A DNA stretch of 63,805 nucleotides, taken from contig JBAYHH010000004.1 of the NCBI GenBank assembly GCA_041666265.1, positions 1-63,805 on the forward strand. Reading direction: 5' to 3'. A program made the translations under genes and the position numbers. The notes below the pieces were generated by a model. That model made no database searches, was not told where the DNA came from, and was given only the letters and a program-made list of their open reading frames with translations. Positions 53,522 through 62,000 of the stretch are shown one piece after another. How positions within the stretch are numbered: the stretch's first letter is position 1; each line of letters opens with the position of its first letter. Origin of the DNA: Candidatus Magasanikiibacteriota bacterium (GTDB lineage: Bacteria > Patescibacteriota > Patescibacteriia > Magasanikbacterales > GWA2-37-8).

Positions 53522-54220
53522 ATGGTAAGAAAAATTGCTTCGGCAGTCGTTATCTGTTTGGCCTTTGTTTTGATTCCATGTTCTTCGGTATGTGCCGTAG
53601 CTGGAAGCGCGCCCACAGGTGCCGCATCGGCGAAGTCCGGTTTATATGGTCTCAATGAGACCGCTCCCAAAGCCGGATACGACACTGGCGTGACTTTGAT
53701 TCCCAAGTTAAATCAAGTAGTGGGTATTGGGTTGGGATTGATCGCCTTGGTATTTTTTGCCATGGCGCTCTACGCCGGTGTGCGCTGGCTCACGGCGCGC
53801 GGAAAAAGCGAGCTCTCGGAAAAAGCGCTCCAAGCGCTCGAGGCGGCCATCATCGGTATGGCGATCGTGGCGGCCTCATACGCGATCGCGATTTTTGTGA
53901 TAAATAAATTATATCCGGGAACAACTACACCGGGTGGCGCGACCAGTCCTTCCGGTGACAGTGGTTGTTGCACCGGTATTGCCACCGGCTCAGGGGCCGA
54001 TGCGAAGACTTATTGTCGCACTCAATATTTTGGTTCCGAGGTGTGGCCGAAGATCAAAAGTGATTGTGATTTGTATCAGGGGGTGTGGGTGGGTAAAGAT
54101 CCAAATTTAGTCGGTGATTGTACAATTTTTAGTGGCATGGCCGAGGAAAGTTGTCGCAAAAGTGGCGGGAATTTTGTCCAACAAGACTGTTCCACCATCC
54201 CCGGTTGCATGGTTCAATAA
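53522..54220 (+). CDS. Pilin-like paralog 11 with an 8-Cys C-terminal module
   Basis: Core: LYAGVRWLTARGKSELSEKALQALEAAIIGMAIVAASYAIAIF. The ~95-aa tail has 8 Cys. Separated from the main array by the glycosyltransferase gene and two tRNAs. Confidence 0.8.
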   Translation: MVRKIASAVVICLAFVLIPCSSVCAVAGSAPTGAASAKSGLYGLNETAPKAGYDTGVTLIPKLNQVVGIGLGLIALVFFAMALYAGVRWLTARGKSELSEKALQALEAAIIGMAIVAASYAIAIFVINKLYPGTTTPGGATSPSGDSGCCTGIATGSGADAKTYCRTQYFGSEVWPKIKSDCDLYQGVWVGKDPNLVGDCTIFSGMAEESCRKSGGNFVQQDCSTIPGCMVQ

Positions 54221-54235
54221 TTATAACGACCGGGA

Positions 54236-54264
54236 TTGACAGATATATCATTTTCTGATATACA
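54236..54264 (+). promoter_or_regulatory. Sigma-70-type promoter for the 88-aa gene
   Basis: TTGACA (54236-54241), a 17-nt spacer, then TATACA (54259-54264). Confidence 0.5.
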
Positions 54265-54292
54265 AGTGTGCAGATGAAACAAGGAGGTAGCG

Positions 54293-54559
54293 ATGGTTCT
54301 GAGAGATATTGACGATGTGCTTCTTTTGGGGTGCAATCTGACAGCAGTGGAAACGCCACCGCGTTTCATGCATACGAAGTTTTATGCGGCCGCGCTGGAG
54401 GGCGCGGTCATGGATTTATTTGGTTCCGGTCCGGAAGTGGTCGGAATGCAGACCGAGTTTCTGGTGGCGTGTCCACCGGAAACCAAACTCCCACCTGAGG
54501 GAAACGCGGCCATGGTTTTGCGCGCCTGGCGCGCTTGGCTTGAAACGCAGGCAAATTAA
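54293..54559 (+). CDS. Hypothetical 88-aa protein (stand-alone transcription unit)
   Basis: A strong AAGGAGG Shine-Dalgarno lies 6 nt upstream of the ATG, with its own promoter and terminator. No recognisable domain. Confidence 0.6.
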   Translation: MVLRDIDDVLLLGCNLTAVETPPRFMHTKFYAAALEGAVMDLFGSGPEVVGMQTEFLVACPPETKLPPEGNAAMVLRAWRAWLETQAN

Positions 54560-54560
54560 C

Positions 54561-54584
54561 GGCGACTAAACAGTCGCCTTTTTT
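54561..54584 (+). terminator. Rho-independent terminator
   Basis: ggcgac-taaaca-gtcgcc followed by tttttt. Confidence 0.75.
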
Positions 54585-54611
54585 ATAAGAACAACACTGA
54601 TTTAGCACCCA

Positions 54612-54640
54612 TTGACACCCGGTCGAATTTGTGCTACAAT
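54612..54640 (+). promoter_or_regulatory. Near-consensus promoter of rpsO
   Basis: TTGACA (54612-54617), a 17-nt spacer, then TACAAT (54635-54640). Confidence 0.6.
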
Positions 54641-54730
54641 ATAACCACTTAATATTTTCTTGCCTACGGGCGAGACCGAACCGTTTGGGACACATGCCCT
54701 AAAGCGTGCTCGGTAATTATCACGCATGTT

Positions 54731-55093
54731 ATGTTGGACCCAAAAAAGAAACAGGCGATCATCAAGAAATACGCCGTTCACGCCGGTGACACCGGATCAA
54801 GCGAAGTGCAAATCGCGCTTTTATCCGCCGAGATCGACGAACTGGCCGAACATTTGAAAGGACACCCCAAAGATCATTCTTCTCGTCGCGGTCTGCTTCG
54901 CAAAGTCAGCGCTCGTCGCCGTCTCATTCGTTTTCTCAAAAAAGAAAACGCCGAAAGCTACGAGGCTCTCATGAAAAAACTCAAAATTAAACAACCGCGC
55001 GTCATCGTGAAACCGGGCGCGGCCGTAGTAGAAGAGGTTGTCGAAGACGAAGTTGACGACCTGATCATAAAAGATGAAACCGGAACCAATTAA
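54731..55093 (+). CDS. rpsO: 30S ribosomal protein S15 (with C-terminal extension)
   Basis: GDTGSSEVQIALLSAEIDELAEHLKGHPKDHSSRRGLLRKVSARRRL. Confidence 0.9.
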   Translation: MLDPKKKQAIIKKYAVHAGDTGSSEVQIALLSAEIDELAEHLKGHPKDHSSRRGLLRKVSARRRLIRFLKKENAESYEALMKKLKIKQPRVIVKPGAAVVEEVVEDEVDDLIIKDETGTN

Positions 55094-55643
55094 AAAACAG
55101 CATCCTTTGAAACACCCCGACCAGCGCGTGGGGGTGTTTATTGATGTACAAAATATGTACTATAGCGCCAAGAATTTGTTTGGCGCCAAAGTTAATTTCG
55201 GCAATATCGTGCGCGAAGCCGTGGCCGGCCGTAAATTGGTGCGCGCCATCGCTTATGTCGTCTCGACCGAAAGCAAAGAAGAACAGCCGTTTTTTGACGC
55301 TTTGGTCAGTCAGGGCATCGAGACCAAAGAACGCCCATTGCAGATTTTTTATGGCGGTGAAAAAAAAGCCGACTGGGATGTCGGTCTCACTGTCGATGCC
55401 ATTCGCTTGTCTTCGAGTTTGGACGCGATCGTGCTTGTTTCGGGTGATGGTGATTTTTTGCCCCTGGTCGAGTATTTGAAATATAATCAAGGCAAATTGG
55501 TCGAGGTCATGGCTTTTGGCAATACCACTTCGGCCAAGCTCAAAGAATCATGTGATGATTTCACGGATTTGGGCGAAGAAAAGGCCAAATTTTTGATTGC
55601 CGACCGCCGGTATTTTCGGGATAACAAGCCGATCAAGCGATAA
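55074..55643 (+). CDS. NYN/LabA-like domain protein
   Basis: VGVFIDVQNMYYSAK...AIVLVSGDGDFLPLVEYLK. Overlaps the rpsO end by 20 nt. Confidence 0.75.
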   Translation: MKPEPIKKQHPLKHPDQRVGVFIDVQNMYYSAKNLFGAKVNFGNIVREAVAGRKLVRAIAYVVSTESKEEQPFFDALVSQGIETKERPLQIFYGGEKKADWDVGLTVDAIRLSSSLDAIVLVSGDGDFLPLVEYLKYNQGKLVEVMAFGNTTSAKLKESCDDFTDLGEEKAKFLIADRRYFRDNKPIKR

Positions 55644-55832
55644 AATTTCGAATTTTTAATTTTGAATTTCGAATCAAATCAGAATAATATAATTTTGAAT
55701 ATTCAGATATTAAAATATTGATTCAAAATTGAAAATTAAATATTAATTATTAAGGAGATGGTGCGCAGGCAGATAGAATCTTCTTTACGAAGTCTTCTGT
55801 AGCTCGCGAATCATCTTCGGAAAGGCATTTTT

Positions 55833-58070
55833 ATGTCTAATGTTAAGAATTGGTCCATGGAGTGGGGTGGTCGCACCTTGTCCGTGGAAACGGGGAGAAT
55901 GGCTCTTATTCCCAACTCCTCCTGCACTGTGCGCTATGGCGACACGGTGATTCTCGCGACCGCGGTGATCGACAAGCGCAAACGCGCCGGCATCGATTTT
56001 TTTCCGCTGATGGTGAACTTCGAAGAGAAGCTCTATGCCGCCGGAAAAATCAAAGGCTCGCGATTTATCAAGCGCGAAGGCCGACCGACCGAGGATGCAA
56101 TTTTGGCGGCTCGTCTCATTGATCGCGCCATTCGTCCGCTTTTCAATCAAGAAATCCGCAACGATGTGCAGGTGATCTTGACCGCGCTTTCTTGGGATGG
56201 CGAAAACGATTCGCAAATCCCGGGTTTTATCGCGGCGTCGATCGCTCTCGCCACTTCTTCGATCCCGTGGGACGGTCCGATTACGGCCGCGCGCGTGGGC
56301 CGAGTGGGCGGTAAATTCATTTTAAATCCTTCATTCAAAGAGCGGGCCGCGGGCGACTGCGATCTCGTGGTGGCCGGCACTCCGGACAAAGTGATCATGG
56401 TAGAGGCGGCCGCGACCGAGATGACCGAGGCCGACATGATGGCCGCTATGCAATTTGGCGGTGAGGCTTTGGGTCTGGTGCTCGAATTTATCAAAAAAAT
56501 TCAAAAAGAAATCGGCAAAGCCAAAATCAATCCGATCAATGCCAATGATGTCATCGAACAACAAATCCAAGCCACGGAAAAAGAAGTGGACGCTTTTGTC
56601 GCGAGCCATGTAAGCGATTGGATTTTTGACGCTCCCAAAAAAGATCGCGCCGAACGCGTATTGCTCATCGACAAATTTGCCAAGGCGATCAAAGAATTGC
56701 TCGACGGCCAAGAAGGTCTCGATGATGCGGTCAAGACCGTGGTACTGGGACGCGTCAAAATTTATGTGGAAAAATACATCAGCGAACGGATCATTGCCAA
56801 AGAACAGCGATTGGATGGACGCAAATTGGACGAGATCCGCGCTCTCAATGCCGAGGTGGGACTTTTGCCCCGCACTCATGGCACCGGTTTGTTTTCGCGC
56901 GGTGATACGCAAGTATTGTCCATCGTGACTCTGGGCGCGCCGGGCGATGTGCAGACTATCGATACCATGGAAGAAGACGGCACCAAGCGCTATATGCATC
57001 ATTACAATGATACTCCGGCCACCTATGGCGAGACTGGTCCATTGCGCGGACCGGGCAATCGTTCGATTGGTCACGGCGCTCTCGCCGAGCGCGCTATTTT
57101 ACCGATGTTGCCGGATGAAAAAGATTTTCCGTATGCCATTCGCGTGGTGTCCGAGGTCTTGGGCTCAAATGGTTCATCTTCAATGGCTTCGACTTGCGGA
57201 TCGACCCTCGCCCTCATGGACGCCGGTGTGCCGCTCAAAAAACCGGTCGCCGGAATTGCCATGGGTATCGCCACTGATGACAAAGGCAATTACAAGATTC
57301 TAACTGATTTACAAGATGTGGAAGACGGTCCGGGCGGCATGGATTTCAAAATTACCGGCACCCGCGACGGCATCACCGCCATTCAGATGGACACCAAGAC
57401 GACCGGTTTGAGTTGGGAAATTGTCAAAGAGACTTTTGCTCGTTCCCGCGAAGCTCGCCTCCGGATTTTGGATGTGATGGCGAAGACCATTCCGACCCCG
57501 CGCGCTGATTTGTCTCCGTATGCTCCGCGTATCATCACTATCATGATCAATCCGGACAAGATTCGCGATGTGATCGGCCCGGGCGGCAAGATGATCAATA
57601 AAATCATCGCCGAGACCGGTGTGTCGATCGACATCGAGGATGATGGCCGAGTTTGCATCACCTCGTCTGATTCGGTTGGTATGGAAAAAGCGGTCAGCTG
57701 GGTCAAAGAATTGACTCACGAAATTACCGCCGGTGAAATTTTCGACGGCACGGTCGTGCGTCTCGAAGACTTTGGCGCTTTTATCAATCTTTTGCCCGGT
57801 CAAGACGGTCTCGTGCATGTGTCCGAGATCGCTTGGACGCGCACCAATCGCCCGAGCGATGTGCTCAAATTGGGCGACAAGGTAAAAGTGATTGTGCGCG
57901 AGATCGACAATCTCGGTCGCGTGAACTTAAGCATTCGACAATTATTGCCCAAACCGGAGGGTTATGTCGAGAATTCACCGTTTAACGGCGGTGATCGCGG
58001 TGGCTTTGGCGGCGGTCGTCCCCAGCGCGGTGGCGGCGGTCGAGGCGGATTTGGCGGACGCAGACCGTAA
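55833..58070 (+). CDS. pnp: Polynucleotide phosphorylase with a Gly/Arg-rich tail
   Basis: Two RNase PH domains, KH (IRDVIGPGGKMINKI), S1 (GEIFDGTVVRLEDFGAFINL) and a C-terminal GGDRGGFGGGRPQRGGGGRGGFGGRRP. Confidence 0.93.
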   Translation: MSNVKNWSMEWGGRTLSVETGRMALIPNSSCTVRYGDTVILATAVIDKRKRAGIDFFPLMVNFEEKLYAAGKIKGSRFIKREGRPTEDAILAARLIDRAIRPLFNQEIRNDVQVILTALSWDGENDSQIPGFIAASIALATSSIPWDGPITAARVGRVGGKFILNPSFKERAAGDCDLVVAGTPDKVIMVEAAATEMTEADMMAAMQFGGEALGLVLEFIKKIQKEIGKAKINPINANDVIEQQIQATEKEVDAFVASHVSDWIFDAPKKDRAERVLLIDKFAKAIKELLDGQEGLDDAVKTVVLGRVKIYVEKYISERIIAKEQRLDGRKLDEIRALNAEVGLLPRTHGTGLFSRGDTQVLSIVTLGAPGDVQTIDTMEEDGTKRYMHHYNDTPATYGETGPLRGPGNRSIGHGALAERAILPMLPDEKDFPYAIRVVSEVLGSNGSSSMASTCGSTLALMDAGVPLKKPVAGIAMGIATDDKGNYKILTDLQDVEDGPGGMDFKITGTRDGITAIQMDTKTTGLSWEIVKETFARSREARLRILDVMAKTIPTPRADLSPYAPRIITIMINPDKIRDVIGPGGKMINKIIAETGVSIDIEDDGRVCITSSDSVGMEKAVSWVKELTHEITAGEIFDGTVVRLEDFGAFINLLPGQDGLVHVSEIAWTRTNRPSDVLKLGDKVKVIVREIDNLGRVNLSIRQLLPKPEGYVENSPFNGGDRGGFGGGRPQRGGGGRGGFGGRRP

Positions 58071-58103
58071 TTTTGTCTTATTTTAGCCAAAAAACCAATT
58101 TTT

Positions 58104-58137
58104 AAACCCGACGCTCAACCAGCGTCGGGTTTTGTTT
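58104..58137 (+). terminator. Rho-independent terminator after pnp
   Basis: aaacccgacgct-caacc-agcgtcgggttt followed by a T-rich tract. Confidence 0.75.
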
Positions 58138-58201
58138 AAGGTTAGCAAAATTTCTGATTTTGGCTAACATAGGCCAAAATATCGGAAACCCCCGTAAAAC
58201 C

Positions 58202-58230
58202 TTGACAAAACACGATTTTTGTGCTATAAT
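58202..58230 (+). promoter_or_regulatory. Consensus promoter of the speA-speB operon
   Basis: TTGACA (58202-58207), a 17-nt spacer, then TATAAT (58225-58230). Confidence 0.6.
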
Positions 58231-58288
58231 AACTATTGTAAATTTTAATTATTTTGCGTAATTCATTGTTTTATACGCCTTTTGGCCT

Positions 58289-59653
58289 ATGAAAAACCTC
58301 AAAGAGTTCTGGAAACTCGGCAAGCCGGAATTTGACACCCAATTTTTTGATGTCAACAAAGACGGGGAGCTCCTCATGAAAGAGGGGAATTTTCAATACA
58401 ACATTCATGAACTGGCGCAAAAATTTAAGACTTCGCTCGAGATGGTTTTTCCTTTTATTATCGAGCACCGCGTCGAGACACTGATCAATACTTTTAATTT
58501 TTACATCAAAAAATACAAATACAAAGGCAAGTTTTATTTTCATTACCCGATGAAGGTCAATCAGAATCGTGAGTTTATTTTGCCGATGATCACCGAGGGC
58601 GCGAATCTCGAGACCTCGTCAGCCAACGAGCTGTGGATCGTGAAGCGCCTTTGGGAACAACATAATTTCAATTCGCGGATCAAAGTGATCTGCAACGGCC
58701 CCAAGACCGAAGAATATATCGCTTTGATCAAAGAACTGCGCGATCAAGGCCTTGATATCGTGCCGATCATCGAAGACAAAACCGAATTGCAATATTTGAG
58801 TAATTACAAAGGTGAGGTCGGTATTCGCGTGGATCTCAATGTGCGCACCAAGTCGCATTGGGATCATTCGATTGATCGATTTGGTTTTACCCCCAATGAA
58901 TTGCTTGGCCTCGGTAAAATCCGCAATTTAAAAATTTTGCATTATCACGCCGGTTCGCAGATCCCGCACGCCAACGATATCATCACCGCGCTCAAAGAGG
59001 GTCTCGCGATTTACAAACAACTCAAAAAAACCAACCCTCAGCTCGACACGCTCGACATCGGCGGCGGGTTCGCGGTGAACTACGAAAAGAAAAAAATGTA
59101 TTCGGTGCAGGGTTTGGTTCAGCGCATCGTGGGCTATCTCGCGAAGCACGCGGCCAAAGACGGCATTCAGCCCCCGCATATTATTTGCGAGTGGGGTAGG
59201 CATATCATGGCGCCGTCGCAGATCACGGTGTTTAAAGTTATTTTTGAAAAAGAAATTAAAAATGGCACGGTCGCGCGCAAATGGTATGTGATTGATGGCA
59301 GTTTCATGAATGACCTCATCGACACCTGGGCGATTAAGCAAAAATGGCATATTGTGCCGGTAAATAATTTGAATAATCACAAAATGGAGCGCGTGTGGCT
59401 CGCGGGCAGTAGCTGTGATACCGATGATAAATATACCAATGGCGGCTATGTGCGCTTGCCCAAGCTCGATGACCTCAAGCCCGGTGAGAGCCAATATTTC
59501 GCGGTGCTTGATACCGGCGCTTATCAAGACGCGCTGGGGTCGCAACATTGTCTACTATCTTCACCGGCCAATATCGTGTGCCAGGATGGCGATATCAATA
59601 TCGCCCGTCAGCACGAGACTGCCGAAGAGGTTGGTAAGAAATTTGGCTGGTAA
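58289..59653 (+). CDS. speA: PLP-dependent (fold III) arginine decarboxylase-like enzyme
   Basis: HYPMKVN (PLP lysine), DIGGGF, GSSCDTDD. Immediately upstream of agmatinase. Confidence 0.7.
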   Translation: MKNLKEFWKLGKPEFDTQFFDVNKDGELLMKEGNFQYNIHELAQKFKTSLEMVFPFIIEHRVETLINTFNFYIKKYKYKGKFYFHYPMKVNQNREFILPMITEGANLETSSANELWIVKRLWEQHNFNSRIKVICNGPKTEEYIALIKELRDQGLDIVPIIEDKTELQYLSNYKGEVGIRVDLNVRTKSHWDHSIDRFGFTPNELLGLGKIRNLKILHYHAGSQIPHANDIITALKEGLAIYKQLKKTNPQLDTLDIGGGFAVNYEKKKMYSVQGLVQRIVGYLAKHAAKDGIQPPHIICEWGRHIMAPSQITVFKVIFEKEIKNGTVARKWYVIDGSFMNDLIDTWAIKQKWHIVPVNNLNNHKMERVWLAGSSCDTDDKYTNGGYVRLPKLDDLKPGESQYFAVLDTGAYQDALGSQHCLLSSPANIVCQDGDINIARQHETAEEVGKKFGW

Positions 59654-59656
59654 AAT

Positions 59657-60556
59657 ATGTATCAACGGACGAAATATTCGAAAAACTTTGGAGGCTTTCA
59701 GGGGCAATCGTATCAGTCGGCGCAAGCAGTGATTTTGCCGGTGCCGTATGATCGGACTTCTTCTTTTGGCAAAGGCGCTGATCGCGGGCCCAGTGCGGTG
59801 ATTGCAGTCTCGCCCCAGATCGAGTATTACGATAGTGAATTTGATTGCGAGCCGTATCAAAAATTCGGTATTTTTTCGTTGCCGGAAATAGCAGTAAAAA
59901 AATTATCGCCGGAAAAAATGATCGCGACAGTGGCGAAAAAATATTCCGAGCTGATCAAAGACAAAAAATTTGTAGCCATGCTTGGCGGTGAACACTCGAT
60001 CACTCCTCCGGCCGTATCGGCGCTCAAAAAGCATTATCCGAGTTTGTCGGTTTTGCAATGGGACGCGCACGCTGATCTGCGCGATAGCTATGAGGGCACT
60101 AAAAACAGCCATGCCTGCGCGATGCGTCGGTGTTATGATGAGGTGGATCGGGTGGTGCAGGTGGGTATTCGCAGTTACTGCGCCGAAGAGTCGGATTTTA
60201 TTAACGAACGCAAGATTTCGGGAAATATATTTAGTCCTCGTCGCTTTGGTTTCACTCCCGAGGCCAAGAAAAAGGCGATTGCCGACATTGTCAGCCGATT
60301 ATCTGATGAGGTATATATCACGATTGATCTTGATGGGTTTGACCCCTCGGTTTTGCCGGCTACCGGCACGCCCGAGCCGGGCGGTTTATCTTGGTATGAT
60401 TTTTGGGATTTGATGCGGGCGGTGTTTGAGAAAAAAACCGTCGTTGGTTTTGATATCGTTGAGCTTGCTCCGATCAAAGGATTTCCGGCCAGCGAGTTTA
60501 CCGCCGCGCTCGCGGTTTATAAACTTTTGGCGTATAAGTTTTTGTTGAAGAAATAA
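59657..60556 (+). CDS. speB: Agmatinase (ureohydrolase family)
   Basis: GGEHSIT, WDAHADL and TIDLDGFDPS metal-binding motifs. Confidence 0.85.
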   Translation: MYQRTKYSKNFGGFQGQSYQSAQAVILPVPYDRTSSFGKGADRGPSAVIAVSPQIEYYDSEFDCEPYQKFGIFSLPEIAVKKLSPEKMIATVAKKYSELIKDKKFVAMLGGEHSITPPAVSALKKHYPSLSVLQWDAHADLRDSYEGTKNSHACAMRRCYDEVDRVVQVGIRSYCAEESDFINERKISGNIFSPRRFGFTPEAKKKAIADIVSRLSDEVYITIDLDGFDPSVLPATGTPEPGGLSWYDFWDLMRAVFEKKTVVGFDIVELAPIKGFPASEFTAALAVYKLLAYKFLLKK

Positions 60557-60640
60557 ATATTTGCGGTTCATTGTCGTTTTTTTTAATTTAAATATTATTC
60601 TTGAAATATATCCACAAGTAGGGTAGTATTACCATACTTT

Positions 60641-60722
60641 GCCGTGGTGGCGGAATTGGTATACGCGCGGGTCTTAGAAGCCCGTTCCGAAAGGATTGTG
60701 GGTTCGAGTCCCACCCACGGCA
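60641..60722 (+). tRNA. tRNA-Leu (anticodon UAG)
   Basis: Manual fold of 82 nt with anticodon loop CTTAGAA, a long variable arm and GGTTCGAGTCC. Confidence 0.88.
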
Positions 60723-60735
60723 CTATTAAATTTTT

Positions 60736-61389
60736 ATGCAATTATTCATCGACTCAGCCAATATTGCGGACATCAAAACAGCGTTGTCTTGGGGCATCGT
60801 GGACGGCGTGACCACCAACCCATCACTTATCGCCAAAGAGCAGGGGATAGATTTTCGCGAGGCGATCAAAGATATTTGCGACCTCACTATTGGACCGGTG
60901 TCGGCCGAGGCGGTTAGTGCCGAGGCGGACGACATCGTCGCCGAGGGTCGAGAACTCTCTAAATTGCGCGAAAATGTGGTGGTCAAAATCCCGTGCACTG
61001 TCGAGGGACTCAAGGCGGTGAAAATTCTCGAGGGCCAACACATCAAGACCAATGTTACTTTGGTATTTACGCCGAGCCAGGTATTGCTCGCGGCCAAAGC
61101 CGGCGCCAGCTATATTTCACCGTTTGTTGGTCGCCTTGATGACATCGGCGAAGATGGCATGGCAATGATCGAGCGATCATTGCAGATTATTCGTAATTAT
61201 CATTTCAAATCACAGATTATCGTGGCCTCGGTGCGCAGTGCCAGTCATGTGGAAAAGGCAGCGCTACTCGACGCGCATATCGCCACGGTGCCATTCAAGA
61301 TTTTGTCCGAGCTCTATCGGCATGATCTCACCGACGCCGGCATCAAGAAATTTAACGAAGATTGGGCGAAAGTCCGTGCGGGAAAATAG
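60736..61389 (+). CDS. tal: Short (type 3B) transaldolase / fructose-6-phosphate aldolase
   Basis: MQLFIDSANIADIK...GVTTNPSL...VVKIP...SPFVGRLDD. Confidence 0.88.
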   Translation: MQLFIDSANIADIKTALSWGIVDGVTTNPSLIAKEQGIDFREAIKDICDLTIGPVSAEAVSAEADDIVAEGRELSKLRENVVVKIPCTVEGLKAVKILEGQHIKTNVTLVFTPSQVLLAAKAGASYISPFVGRLDDIGEDGMAMIERSLQIIRNYHFKSQIIVASVRSASHVEKAALLDAHIATVPFKILSELYRHDLTDAGIKKFNEDWAKVRAGK

Positions 61390-61461
61390 CGGTCGAAGCA
61401 GGGCCAACCCACCCTGTTTTTTTGTTCTCCCACTTATCCACAACCTGTGTATACGGGGTCC

Positions 61462-61490
61462 CTTGACAGGTTTTTATGAAAGTGATAATA
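61462..61490 (+). promoter_or_regulatory. Candidate promoter upstream of the 23S leader
   Basis: TTGACA (61462-67), a 17-nt spacer, then TAATAT (61485-90), preceded by a TTATCCACA box at 61433-41. Confidence 0.45.
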
Positions 61491-61761
61491 TTAGCCCACT
61501 GTAAATTTATCTATTTATTAGACCTGCCTGTTGCAAGGCAGGGAACCATGTCCAAAGATTCTGATGCCTAAAAGCGTCGTCTGGACCTCTGGGTAATCAC
61601 TTAGTTTTGGAAGATTAATTTCAACCATGTTTACTAAGAACAACAATTACTCAAAGCATCCAAGCGACTTTTAAGCAGAATCATTTCTGTCATTTTAAGG
61701 GGCCGCTTGATAGCGGCTCTTTTAAATAGTTTAAAAATCTAAATAGCATTGCAATGAGAAA

Positions 61762-61823
61762 TGTCATCCTGAGCGAAGCGAAGGATCTCTCGCGTAGAGA
61801 TTTTCCGCTGCGGTTGGAATGAC
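61762..61823. repeat. Family A palindromic repeat inside the rRNA leader
   Basis: tgtcatcctgagcgaagcgaaggatctctcgcgtagagattttccgctgcggttggaatgac. Confidence 0.7.
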
Positions 61824-62000
61824 CCGTTGCGACTGAACCGGAAAGAACTTTGACAATTCAATTATTATATTGGCCAGGCGATCAGCCGGTCAATATGATT
61901 AGGTCAATTCAACAATAAAAGGGTATGTAGATATTCTACACACCTCGCCCAAAAAGGGCGAGGTAAAAATCAACGAAGCACAAATTAGTGTTTTCGTTGT

